Source: Picochlorum sp. SENEW3
Lineage: Eukaryota
Assembly (NCBI GenBank): GCA_034226945.1
Contig: CP120460.1
Coordinates: forward strand, 558,001 to 622,000
DNA: 64,000 nt
Direction: 5' to 3'
A program made the translations under genes and the position numbers. Every line of letters begins with the position of its first letter. Position 1 is the stretch's first letter. This document shows positions 20,955 through 32,409 of the stretch, one piece after another. The notes under the pieces are model-generated. The model saw only the letters and a list, made by a program, of their open reading frames with translations, was not told the DNA's origin and did not search any database.

Positions 20955-21981
20955 ATTTTAAAGTACCAGTACAGAATTGCACGATGATTCCTATAAACTC
21001 GTCAGCATGGGCGAAATTATGATTGCCTGGTGTGAGACAGCATGCTGATCCTGAGAGCTGGGCACAGAGTTTAGATTCTTCATAGCTAATCGTCTCATCA
21101 TCTTTTCCATGGATGCATAAAAGCTCAACCTTGCCATCGTCTTTAATCTTTTGGGCATACACAGTCATGGGAAGGTTTGCTCGTCCCAAAAAATCCGTCC
21201 ATCTCATGGTCCATTTCATACCCCAAGGTTCTGTCCGCTCTATACCCTCTGGGTGCGCCTTCTCCAACGCCTCCAAGATACCTTGTCCGAACCTCTTCTC
21301 CAATCCATTCATTGGTTGAAATCGTCCTGCGAGGTTGATCATTTTGGGGACGTCGCCAATCTCGGCGGCATATTTAAGAACATTTGTGCCACCTTTGCTG
21401 TGTCCAAGGACACAGATCACATTCATGCCCTTGTCGTGGCGGAGAAAGTCGACTGCGGATTTGATATCACGGACTTCTTCTTCATGATTTCCCATACGGA
21501 ACTCTCCATGGCGTTCACTCTCTCCATTCAGCGCACAGGGATGGTCAAACCGAAAGGAAGACAGACCAGCAACTGCTAATGCATCTGCAATCTCTGCAAA
21601 TCTGCAACTATTCTTGTTTGACATGTATCCATGACAAAGTACAACGACATCGTTACTCGTGTTCTTCTGCTCAGGTTTGACGAGTATGCCGACGAGCTGC
21701 TCCCCTGATGGGTTTGTGAACACGAGCCTGGTACCAGGCTCACCGGTGGGTGCTGTTGCCTCCTGGGAGTTTTCTTCGTGAGAAGAGGTTCCCTGTGCCA
21801 TAGTCACGGTTCTTCTTGGAATATTTACTATGGTATCTAAATATCTATTGTCAATACAGCCGTCTTTTGGGTGCCTCGGTTGTCTTCGTGATTGGAAGTT
21901 GGACTTCCTCTTCAACAAGAAACAGCAGCGCGGCGATTTCACGAGATACTCAGCACGAGTTCCCTGTCTCACCGTCTTCAT
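20950..21981 (-). CDS. Alpha/beta-hydrolase family protein (start 21981 with transit-like leader, or 21801)
   Basis: 'VVLCHGY', 'SFRFD', nucleophile elbow 'LGHSKGG', 'IHGKDDETI', 'GNHNF'. Confidence 0.9.
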   Translation of the reverse strand: MKTVRQGTRAEYLVKSPRCCFLLKRKSNFQSRRQPRHPKDGCIDNRYLDTIVNIPRRTVTMAQGTSSHEENSQEATAPTGEPGTRLVFTNPSGEQLVGILVKPEQKNTSNDVVVLCHGYMSNKNSCRFAEIADALAVAGLSSFRFDHPCALNGESERHGEFRMGNHEEEVRDIKSAVDFLRHDKGMNVICVLGHSKGGTNVLKYAAEIGDVPKMINLAGRFQPMNGLEKRFGQGILEALEKAHPEGIERTEPWGMKWTMRWTDFLGRANLPMTVYAQKIKDDGKVELLCIHGKDDETISYEESKLCAQLSGSACCLTPGNHNFAHADEFIGIIVQFCTGTLKL

Positions 21982-22019
21982 TACAAATTAAAAAATCATT
22001 CATACATATATAGTGCTGC

Positions 22020-23645
22020 TTAGGCAGATTTTTTGGTTTGGTTGATGAGATCATCCCTTCCAAGGGACCCAAATGAACTAAATATGATCATGGCACAGAT
22101 GGACAGGGCGCATGCTGTGGCACCACCGAAGAAGCATCCAATGTTACCGAGTCCTTGTTGGGCAGTCTTGTCTGCCAAGAATCCTGCCAAAGAGTTTGAA
22201 TAGGCGAGGATGACACCCAACACCATGTCAGTGAAAGACCATGCTGTTCCAGTAATCTTTCCCAGTCCTGGGATTGTCTTTTGCGGAATATAGGATGACA
22301 GCATTCCAATAGTGACTCCGTGAGTCATGGCCATGTGTACCCCGATACAAAAGGCTCCGAGCGCCATGCCTGTGAAGGAGGGGACAAAGGCAAAGGATGC
22401 ATTGGCCCCAATGAGCACAGCGATACCAGCAACAATCACCATGTTTCTGGATGCCACGCTTTCTTTCGCTTTCAATCCCATTGGTGTCGCCAAGACAGCC
22501 TGCGTCAACATGATGATGGATGTCAACACGGGGAGGGAGGCCTTGTCCATGACAGTCTTTGCCCTCAGGGTGACAAAGGATGCATCAAATCTGGCAAAGT
22601 ACAGGATCGAGACAATGATGAGCGCCTGCCAATACGCAGGTTGGAAGGCTCCCAAAAGAGCTTTTGCTTTTTGGAAGAATGTCAGTTGCACCTGTTCGTC
22701 TTCACCCTCCCCACCTGGGGATGCTGCGCTGGCAGCAGGGGCACTCCCATCCTTTGTTCCTCCAGTTCCAAATGCATACACGACCAACGTAAGCGCAACC
22801 AAGGCTGGTGCTCCAGCCATTGCAAACGTCACAACGTAATTTTGACCGGATACCTTGTACGCTGCAGCAGCCACAGCAGCACCAAACAGAGCACCAAATG
22901 TTGCCATGGACTGCCTCAGTGAAAAAGCAGCTGCCGCGCTCTCCCCAGACTGTGTCGCCAAATCCCCAATCAACGCTTTACTAGGAGCTTCACGAATACC
23001 CTTGGACATTCTATCGAAGATTTTACCAAAGGTAATCCAGTACAAGCATGCAATGGCCCCAAAGGTACTATACACAATACCAGACGCAGCAAACATGGGC
23101 TTGTTAATCGTCGTCAACAGTGTACCGAAAATAACCATACGAGCTGGTGACAAAATATCAGCAAAAATACCACTCACACTACCCGACGCCTTGCTTAAAA
23201 ACTGCGCAATAGCCTGAAGATTACCAATCTTACTATTGCTCATCTGCAACACATCACTCATATACACTGGCAGGTATGTGTCATGAATAAGAGTGGCCAC
23301 CGAACACAACATCTGAGCCATTGCCAAAGCCAGCATCTTTCTATTCGCCTCTGGGTTGCTGAACGGTGTGACCAATTGCTTCAGCTTTGACCCCACACCT
23401 TGCCCTTCCTGAGGGGCAGGCTGTGCCGTGCACACCGTCTTTGGGCAACCCATCACCCTATGCGACACACATTTCCTTTGTCTTACCAAAAGACTGCGGG
23501 ATCGCGTCACAGGCATCCTGGGTGCCACGAAAGGCTGGCCTGCTGTCGTGGCTCGTGAGATCATTGTGTTCGTTTCTTGGTTGTTCGCACTGATATTCTG
23601 CAATAGGAATTCATATATGAAACATATGTTCAAAAAAGCATACAA
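22020..23645 (-). CDS. Major facilitator superfamily transporter with probable plastid transit peptide (true start likely MISRAT, about 27 codons into the ORF)
   Basis: About 12 hydrophobic segments. 'SGIFADIL', 'KPMFA', 'DRMSKGIREAPSKALIGD', 'AFSLRQSMATFGA'. Confidence 0.88.
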   Translation of the reverse strand: MYAFLNICFIYEFLLQNISANNQETNTMISRATTAGQPFVAPRMPVTRSRSLLVRQRKCVSHRVMGCPKTVCTAQPAPQEGQGVGSKLKQLVTPFSNPEANRKMLALAMAQMLCSVATLIHDTYLPVYMSDVLQMSNSKIGNLQAIAQFLSKASGSVSGIFADILSPARMVIFGTLLTTINKPMFAASGIVYSTFGAIACLYWITFGKIFDRMSKGIREAPSKALIGDLATQSGESAAAAFSLRQSMATFGALFGAAVAAAAYKVSGQNYVVTFAMAGAPALVALTLVVYAFGTGGTKDGSAPAASAASPGGEGEDEQVQLTFFQKAKALLGAFQPAYWQALIIVSILYFARFDASFVTLRAKTVMDKASLPVLTSIIMLTQAVLATPMGLKAKESVASRNMVIVAGIAVLIGANASFAFVPSFTGMALGAFCIGVHMAMTHGVTIGMLSSYIPQKTIPGLGKITGTAWSFTDMVLGVILAYSNSLAGFLADKTAQQGLGNIGCFFGGATACALSICAMIIFSSFGSLGRDDLINQTKKSA

Positions 23646-24108
23646 AAAAGGGATGGATCATCCGTTTGGACTGTATTTCATACTGACAGTTGACGGGATC
23701 GTCCTCCCAACGTTCGCCCGAAATATCGGGTTGTGACACGTACCAGTGACACTAGGCGTCTAAATGGATACAAGATATGTAAAAATTACAGTAGTGCAGA
23801 TCATATGGACAGATTCTTGAGTCTATGGCTCTGTCTGTTCCATTCCCATTGGAAGCGATCTTCTCGCGACGAGGAAAAAAAGAAGAAGATCGCTATCGTC
23901 GTGCTCATCCATGCCATGGAGTATAGCACTGTCCACAGCACATCCCGTGTCTTCTACTGTTATTTTTAGCACTAATATATAATTGATACAACAGTACCGA
24001 CAGGAATTTCTGCAGTGAAACAGTGACATCTGTTGACTGATCGAACAGCCTTGATTCCAATTTTGAACAGAACAACCCCATGCATGGACCAAAGAGGGAT
24101 TGAATTGG

Positions 24109-27100
24109 ATGGCTGATGCAACAGAGATAGGAAATCAACCAGAGACAAAGAGAGTAAAGCGCGATACAATAATGTCGACGGACGTTCAGGCTGAGTTGGA
24201 TTCGTTGGACAGGATTCTTTCGAGACTTGCTTTTACGACGGATGGGACGGCGTTGGAGAATGTTTTGTCCAAACTGATTCCCATCATGATTGGGAAGATG
24301 GATGCGTCGGTGGAGTTGCCGAAAGGGGTGCAGCGTCAGGTGCAGCAAAAGGTTTTGGACATTTTGTCTCATGCAAATAAGAGGATGGATGGGTTGCCGA
24401 ATCTGAAATTGCCCATTGGATCTGTGTGGCGGGCGTATCGAGATAGTAAGAATTCTGTAGGACAGAACATAGGTTTGGTGTATTTGGGCAAGGCGTTTGA
24501 TCGATGTGGGTCGGATGGGCTAGATGTTGTGGGGGAAGTGGTGCAAGGGATTCATGCACGGCCTGGTGGGCATCAGAATGCGTTGATGATGCATGTGTTT
24601 CGTGTATTGCGATGGTATCCTGAATATTCGAGGAATTTAAGCAATAGCATAGATGCCAAGGCGATTGTAGAAGATGGGAAGGATTTGGATGTGTTCATGA
24701 GGCACGCTGTCATGTTGGCATTGTACATCCCTCCGAGTTCGCGGACAAGGGTTGCAGATGGTGCACGGGTTGTTCCTGGATTGAGCGAGTCGGATATGAA
24801 GATTATAGAAGGTCGAGGGGAACTGTCAGTAGATGATGTAGAGAAGATGATGGTGGGTGTGTTGGAATTTGTCTCGCGTGCTGAGCCGTCTCCAGAAGAT
24901 AGTATGATGTTTTTGTTGTGTGCCTCATCCAGCCCGTATGAGGCTGTGAAGAAGAAGAGTGAATTTATGTATGCGAAGACATGTGTTGTGGACACGGCGC
25001 ATCCGACGGTGGATGTCGAGAAGAGGGCAGTGGTGAAGCCTTTATTTGACATGTACCTGGGTAGCATGGAGGATCAAGTTCTGCCTGATCATCTGAAAAG
25101 AAGTCCAGTCAACCAGTCATTGAAAAGCAGAATACTTGGAATTTTGTGCAAGAGCACGGTGGCGTGTAATACGAATCCGGAGGCTATCATGGTGATTCAT
25201 GACTGTATTTTTGGGGAGACTTCGAATCTGTCACTGAAACAGCAAGGAATGCAGTTTGCTGTGCATGTGCTAAAGCATGCAGACACCTCGACGATACGCG
25301 TGTTTGCTCCATCGATCATTCGTCAATGCTTGGAAATATTAGAGGGCGGCTCTGGTATTGTATCGCTGAGAGGTTTTGCATATCAATGCTTGGGGCAGCT
25401 TGCCCAAAGAGACCCTGCATCGTTGCAAGAAATGAAGATGGAACTGATGAAGCGCTGCTTTGATGCTTTAGAGATTGAAGGTCCTGGAGTGCGGGCATCG
25501 GTACAGGAAACGATCAACTGCCTGGCGAATTGTTTCCACGGTGATGCCGATCAGTCTTCTGAAGTGTGGGAGGTGTTGGAGGGGTACTGTTATAGTGAGA
25601 ATAGTTCGGTGAGGCAGACGGCGTTGCAGTGGATTATATGGATTTTCAAGTTTAGTGATACACATGCTCGATATATGTGCTCTGTTCTATGCTCTGATGG
25701 AAACATTAATATATCAGGCCTTGCACGTGAAGGCCTTGATGTGGACAAGGTGGTACAGGCACAGGGCGCAAAGTTTGGCAAGGGGGAAAAAGATGTGAGA
25801 GCAATGCCCACGTTGAAGGATATGGTAAATGTCGTTTCAGAGAAACATCCAAAGATTTTTCACGGGTCTCATGATGGATTGTCGACCTTGTTTTTGCCAG
25901 CACCTTCTCTAGAAGCACTTTTGGGATTTTTGCATTCTCTCCCATTGGATCAGAGTGACACAGAGGCCATGAGGGGTTATTTCGGTACGTTGATGTGGTA
26001 TCCATAATATAGTATAATGTCATCTGTATAATGTTTGTGCGTCCTTGCAGCAATTGTATCCTCGTGTCTGATTAGGAATGCACCTGGGAGTCTCCAGAAT
26101 GCCTCTCTTGATTCGCTTTTGTATTCAGCTGCGTTGAGTAAGGGGGAGTTTTTGCAATATTTCGAATCAAAGACCATCATCTTTGAAGACATGTTGAACC
26201 ATGTAGATGACAGAGTTTCTTGCAAATCAGCAAGGTTGCTAGGGTTTTTGAGACAGTCCATGCCGTCCCAAAGGCTGGAACAGATTTGTGCACATTCAAG
26301 TGAGATCATCAAAGACGTATTAGCGAGCAAGCAGAGAAAACAGGAGGAGGTTATTGGCGCATTGTTTATCACTGGATTCTTAGATGCGTGGAAAGTCTCT
26401 CCTAGCCATACTTCTCCGTCTACAAGCAACCTGCAAGACCCCAAGGCAACATTGCTTGCATTGACTCTTTCTGATGAACTGAAAAATAAAGTCATTCGTG
26501 CGACTGCTCTGCTGTGCATTGCATACTCCAGTTTCGGCGATGAACTGCAAACAAGTGATCTCTCTAAGATTCTTGAAGAAGTCTTGCGGAAATTAAAGCC
26601 GTATAAAGATAGCAGCATTTCCATCATTGTTGCAGAGGCATTGGGACTGATTGGTATGAATGCACACGATGACTCATATATTGCCACTATCGTCGACGAA
26701 ATACTGGAGTTTCATATTTCAAAAGATGAGAAGTTGCTAGAACAGTGTGGTGATGCTCTTGTTTGCATATGGGGAGGTACGAATGCCACACGTGATCAGT
26801 ATCTGTTGCTGCATGCTGGGATGGCCGAGGACAATACTCATCCACGGCCTTCACATTCACACGGAGAGAAAGGAGCGATAAGGGAAAAGATCTTGAAATT
26901 TATTGCGAACAATTGTATTGCTAGTTCACGATCAGAATCGCGTATGGCTGGTGCAATCTGGCTGTTGAGGCTCATTGAGGGAGCCCCACAAACACCAGAG
27001 ATATCTGACAATGTGGCAGAGATTCAGAAAGCCTTCTGCTTGCTTCTAGGAGACAGCAACGAAAGAACTCGTGATCTTGCCAGCAAAGGAGTTACTTCTT

Positions 27101-29695
27101 GTTATCAAGCTGCCAAGGATGATGTGAGGGAAGATCTTGTGGCCTCCCTTGTCGGCATCCTCTCAGGGAGTGACTCTGGAAAGTGGATGAGGCCTGATCA
27201 TGTTGAGGGCAGCACTCAAATATTCGAGGAGGGATCTCTGGGCTCTTTACCCAATCAAAACGGGGGAATCTCAACATATAAAGAGATATGCTCCTTGGCG
27301 ACAGATCTAGGTCAACCTGATCTGATTTATCAGTTCATGAACTTGGCAGGGCACCAAGCAGCTGCAGATGCAACAAGAGGAGCAGCATATGGGATTGCAT
27401 CTGTGGCGTCGTTGGCAGGTGATACACTGAAGCCTCACATCGACGCATTGATACCCAGGCTATTTAGGAGCACGTTTGACCCAAATCCTGCTGTTCGAGA
27501 CTCTATGCGGCACATTTGGGTCGTTCTGGTGGACAATCCCAAAGATGCCCTTAAGGATCACTTGAAAGAAACCCTCTCTATCCTTACAAAGGATATGACA
27601 AAGCAACAGTGGCGTGTACGTGAATCAGCAGCTCTTGCAACTGCCGACATTTTACAAGGTCTACTGTGGGAAGACATCAAAGAATTCTTACCGACTATTC
27701 TCAATTGCTGTTTCCGCATCATCGATGATGTGAAGGAAAGCGTCAGGCTTGCTGGGCAGACACTTGTGAGGTCAATCACCTCATTATCCATCCGATTGAC
27801 GGATGCTGATAGCACAGCCTCATCTGATAGTAAAGAATTCCTATCAACGGTATTTCCAATATTGATTGGGACTGGGATGAGTTCCAGTTTGAGTGATATC
27901 AGAGCCATTAGCATAGGACTGATCACAAGATTGATCAAATCAGCTGGTCCTGATGTTCTAAATGACAAGATGCAGGATATTGTCCCACCTCTATTGGAGT
28001 CTTTAAGGTACGATGACTATTCTTCAAATGTATGAACATCTCGAATTCAACACAAATACACTGACTGTAGTGGATTGGAAGATGCTCGATTGAACTATTT
28101 GGAGCAACACATCAACAGGCTGGGGATGGATGCCGACAGGTTTGAAGAGGAACGAATTCGATTTTCACAGCAAAATCCAATAGGAGAGACCTTAGATTTG
28201 TGCTCAAAGTCTGTCGATGGAAAGTCGTTCTGTGATATGAGCAGCTCGTTGGTTTCCCTATTGCGCACTGCTGTTGGTTCATCAACAAAATCTGGGACTG
28301 CAAACTTCATTGTTGCATGCACTAGAAGAATAGGGAAAGATGTGTCCCCTGTAGCGTTTAATTTGATGAAAGTCTTGTACGATGCATTGTCGATAGAGAA
28401 AAGCGCTTCTGTACGCAAGTCATATGCAACAGCCTATGCGTGCTTGTCAAAATATGCACCGAGGTCCAAAATTGATGCCATCCTTGACTCTTGGCTCGAA
28501 TCATGCAAAAGTGAGAATGCTGAGAATGAGCTTATGATTCTCACAGGAACCATTTTGAAATCAATGTCATCGGAATCGACAGATCTCTTCATACGATATG
28601 CTGATGACATTGCTCCTGTAGCCTTCATGGCCAGATACAGCGATCCACCAGTAGCAACGGTGTGGACAAATGTTTGGGAAGAAATTACGACTGCCACTGG
28701 TTCTGGTATTCGAGGGCATGCAGTTTCAATCTCCAAAATGCTTTTAGAAGCACTGAATAGTAGCCATTGGGCCAGGAAAAAGGCTGCGGGTGATGGCATT
28801 GTCTGCCTTTATGAAAATGCTGGCGATCTTCTTGCAAATCAAACTGATCTCATCGCTTCAACCGTGCTCAAAGCTCTTTCAGGTAGACTATGGGATGGTA
28901 AGGAAGTACTTTTGAAATCTTTGGCTACAATAGTCATTGCATCTGATAAGAGTCAGCTTGGTACAGTCTGTGGAGGTGAGGCGAACATTGTGGCTGCCTT
29001 TTCCACAGCATGCCAGAAGCAAAAGCTTGCATATAGAACTGAAGCCCTTATTCAAACTGGAAGAGGTATGTCAATGTCATATGTATGGCACAAATAATTT
29101 TGGACCTCAATGTTTCATGCTTTGTGCAGTCTTACGTTATCTGAATGACAAAGATTTCTATGCCCAAATCTGGCCAACACTGAACGAACTGCTCAGCCAG
29201 CATTCTGAGAGATTGCAAGGGTCTCGTAAAGAAGAAGATGGTGAGTCCACAAGACTCCCAAGCATCAAAATTATCCTGGAATGCTTGTCTTCACTATGGT
29301 GCCAGGAGTCTGAATATCTTGCAAAAAGAGATGCATCATGGAACTCTGTCACAGCCACTGCACTGTTGCCAATACTAAAGTATTGTGAGAAAATAGAGGA
29401 TAGGAAAGCTGCTTTGCAGCTTTATGTATCTCTGATTCAATGCTCAGATTCAACTTCAATACCTGAAGACACAGTCACACAGGTCGCTGAGGAAGACATT
29501 GCAATGCTGTCATCAAGTAGAGTCGAAAGTATTCGATCAATAGGATCAGATCTTTTGCACGAAATAGTAAGGAAAAGAATGTGTATTAGTCATTCAATCA
29601 GCGACCTACGAAGCAGGTTGAAGGATATTGAATCTGCTGAGAAGTCAGCAGCTGTGAGGAGTAAAATAAATGCAATCATATCAGATTTGGAGTAG
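24109..29695 (+). CDS. ECM29: Proteasome adaptor ECM29 (HEAT repeats); model join(24109..25984,26051..28007,28071..29065,29130..29695)
   Basis: Four consecutive ORFs join in frame through GT-AG introns (25985-26050, 28008-28070, 29066-29129). Motifs 'STYKEICSLATDLGQPDLIYQFMNLA', 'LIPRLFR..FDPNP.VR.SM.HIW', 'WRVRESA', 'GRLWDGKE'. Confidence 0.9.
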
Positions 29696-29770
29696 ACATT
29701 TAATTTCCTGACGTTTTGATTATTACAGACTCTATTAATATATGATCCTCAGTTCTTTTCAAAAACTCAT

Positions 29771-30460
29771 TCAGTTCGATCCATATTGGTGCAATCTTCT
29801 TGCACCATTACTGCGCCTCAGCCGTCTGGAACTAAGTGGCCCTTCCATTTGACGCATTCTGCGACGTCCATAGACGCTTGGAGTTGGTGGAGTGCTTGAA
29901 ATAATAACTTCTGGTGAAGGGGTTGGTTCTGGAATTGGCTCTGGCGAAACTTCTGGAACAACTGGTTCTGGGACAACTGGCTCTGGGACGACTGGCTCTG
30001 GAACAGGTGAAGCGATTGGTTCTATAATTCGTCCATCGATTGTTTTCGCGACAGACATTCCATTTGCCATGTTGTATCTAACAATACATCCTTCCGTGCA
30101 CACATCAGAGAGCTCAAGATCTGGTTTGTCTGCATCCAGGTACACAACAGCACAGGAACCACTGTCAGGAGTCAGCTCAGCAGACTTGACCACACCGCAA
30201 TCATCACTTCCCTCTGCTCCTGCAACTCCTGTTGCTGCAATTGATACACTATCCAAGTTTTGGCAGATCATATTGTCACTACTGCACCCTGTGCTGCAAA
30301 CCTGCATGATGAATGTTGTTGAAGAGGCATCTCCCGTCTTGGTGTAGCTGACAGAATATGGAACTTCTCCACTCTCTGTCCCAGTGCAAGCGCCTCTAAC
30401 AGCGACAGCAACTGAGTACAGTGCAACAAAAAGCGCAAGCAACTTTTGTACGAGATACAT
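29771..30460 (-). CDS. Secreted Cys-containing domain + Pro/Glu/Val-rich linker + Arg-rich tail (possible pherophorin-like wall glycoprotein)
   Basis: Signal peptide MYLVQKLLALFVALYSVAVAVRG-AC, several Cys, (PEPVV)x3 15-bp repeats, tail 'SVYGRRRMRQ...RRLRR...RRLHQ'. Pherophorin resemblance is tentative. Confidence 0.65.
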   Translation of the reverse strand: MYLVQKLLALFVALYSVAVAVRGACTGTESGEVPYSVSYTKTGDASSTTFIMQVCSTGCSSDNMICQNLDSVSIAATGVAGAEGSDDCGVVKSAELTPDSGSCAVVYLDADKPDLELSDVCTEGCIVRYNMANGMSVAKTIDGRIIEPIASPVPEPVVPEPVVPEPVVPEVSPEPIPEPTPSPEVIISSTPPTPSVYGRRRMRQMEGPLSSRRLRRSNGARRLHQYGSN

Positions 30461-31235
30461 CCTCTCTGAATCAAAGAGAAATCCGCCTGCACAGCACAAG
30501 ACAGGATACTATCCAGTCAGCAACACGTCAAACACCACATTGGCCCGCTGACAATGAATCTAGCGGTACATTTATCAGATACAGAAGGATACCATGCGAT
30601 TATACCCCATCCCATGCTCTCAATATTCCCGGGGTCGCAACGCGCGCAGGGCCACGCGCCTGCAGCTTCACCAGTCTGCCGACTTGAGCAAAACCGACCC
30701 ACTGTCCCCCAAAGGCGCAGTTTGCCGCATTTATATCATCAAATGTGATAAACTATTGGCTATTAATGGCTCATATCACCGCGAGGACCCAGAATCCAGG
30801 AAACTGTCAGCAGACCCTCTAGATCTCACCAGGGGAATACGTACCTTGACGTCGTATACAAGTCTATTCAAGCAAAAGATGTCGCCTTTCTGCTAAAATA
30901 GATTATAAGGACTATCTATACACGCACACGGCGTCACTTAATGGCGTGGGAAGCTGGGAAAGTATTCGGATCCCGATAGATGAAGCTGAGTCGGGCCATC
31001 CGACGTCGGCGATTTCCTCCCATCAGCAAGCCATTCGGAACGGCCACTGGCAGCTACATAGTATGACTTTGAACATTGTCACGCTGGCGCAAAATTTGCC
31101 TTCTACTCTCTCTCCAGATCAACATCTACCCTAACAGATTTGCATGGAATTCATAACGAGACGAGCATGTGCTGAGAGCTACTGCCTGGGGCAAATTTGC
31201 CAGATGGCTCCACATGAACCCAAGTTTCCACACCC

Positions 31236-31346
31236 CCTTGACCGAGCAGTAATCAGCGATCACATCCAAGCTTTACAAGCACAGAAAACCATTTTGAAAG
31301 TTTTTTCCATTGTTACGTATGCATGCAAAAGTGAAATAACGGAATA
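31236..31346 (+). repeat. Diverged direct repeat, copy 1 (pairs with 32298..32408)
   Basis: Ungapped 111-bp alignment, 19 mismatches by manual count (about 83% identity). Confidence 0.85.
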
Positions 31347-31572
31347 AAATTGTGCCGATTCTTCTTTAAGAAACTGTATCACCAAGGGTACAATTTTGCA
31401 CAACCAGAAAACGCAAGTAAACAATTTTTCATCTCAGGCGTGACTAACAATACTCATTAGAGAAATCAGAGGAATTATTATTACGCACTCATTCAAAATA
31501 ACAGCAGCAACCATGTCTGCCATATTCAAGCAGCAGCTCCGTCGTCGCCCCACCGCGGCCTGTCTTCCTCTC

Positions 31573-31885
31573 ATGAGAGGTGATCACCTTGGTGGTTCTA
31601 CTCTTGATAGTCAATTCAGTCCACGCAGAGGATAGTAAAAGGCCATGCAAGACGAGGGAAGATTGTTTGCCAGAGGTAACATTTTGTGGTGATGACGGGT
31701 TCTGCATGGACTTGGACGCGATATCTCAACCATTGGTGAATGGAAAGCAAAATGAAGCCTTTGAGTCAGATGCAGCAAGTCCACCAACGGACTCAGCATC
31801 AAGGGGACGATTCAGTACTTATAGCAGTATCCTCTTGACATATGGTATGAGTATAGTAGTGATGTTATTTGCCTTGTGGCATTGA
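31573..31885 (+). CDS. Small 4-Cys secreted/membrane-anchored protein whose ATG is 1 nt out of frame (possible pseudogene or base-call error)
   Basis: ORF 31580..31885 has a signal-like 'VITLVVLLLIVNSVHA', the motif 'CKTREDCLPEVTFCGDDGFC' and a C-terminal TM. It has no in-frame ATG before the signal. Deleting one G from ATGAGAGGTG (31573) gives MRVITLVV. Confidence 0.45.
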
Positions 31886-32297
31886 ATCTAGAAGTAGAAT
31901 GTCGTGGTACTCTAGTAGAGCACAGAAGATGCATTGCATCTTGGGAAAGGTCTCTTTCGTCTTTTTTGTTTTTTTGAGAGAAGATCTCTCTCCCATGTGC
32001 CCTCATTAGTCTCTTTTCAAGATGTAAGTACTAGTAGTAGTAGTATATTGAACGGAGATTTACATGGATGCGTTCATCAGAGGAATTATTCCTGGGATGA
32101 GAGGTCATCACACACCACCTATGGAGATGAGTATTACGCAGTACGATTTAAACATCACATATGATGAAATCAATACTCCATGATCCTTTGCTGGATGAAT
32201 ACTGCCAGATTTGCCCCTGCTCCACACGTCTCATCATGGTGAGTGTATCAACCCAATAATAGTATTGGGTTGCAAGATTACAAGTATTTCTACCCCT

Positions 32298-32408
32298 CCT
32301 TGACCGAGCAGTGCTCGGCGATCACATGCGTGCTTTATAAACACACAACCCCATTTGCAAAGCTTTTTCCATTGTTCCATATGCATGTGAAAATGAAATA
32401 ACGGAATA
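32298..32408 (+). repeat. Diverged direct repeat, copy 2, ending just before the SNF2 gene start
   Basis: Aligns to 31236..31346. Confidence 0.85.
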
Positions 32409-32409
32409 C

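Noticed and set aside
23854..23894. 11-bp inverted repeat AGCGATCTTCT/AGAAGATCGCT between the divergent MFS and ECM29 genes
   Set aside because: Single short stem, no target-site duplication or second copy seen.
24100..29695. Four separate HEAT-repeat genes or a frameshifted pseudogene
   Set aside because: Canonical 63-66 nt GT-AG introns join all four ORFs in frame into a single ECM29.
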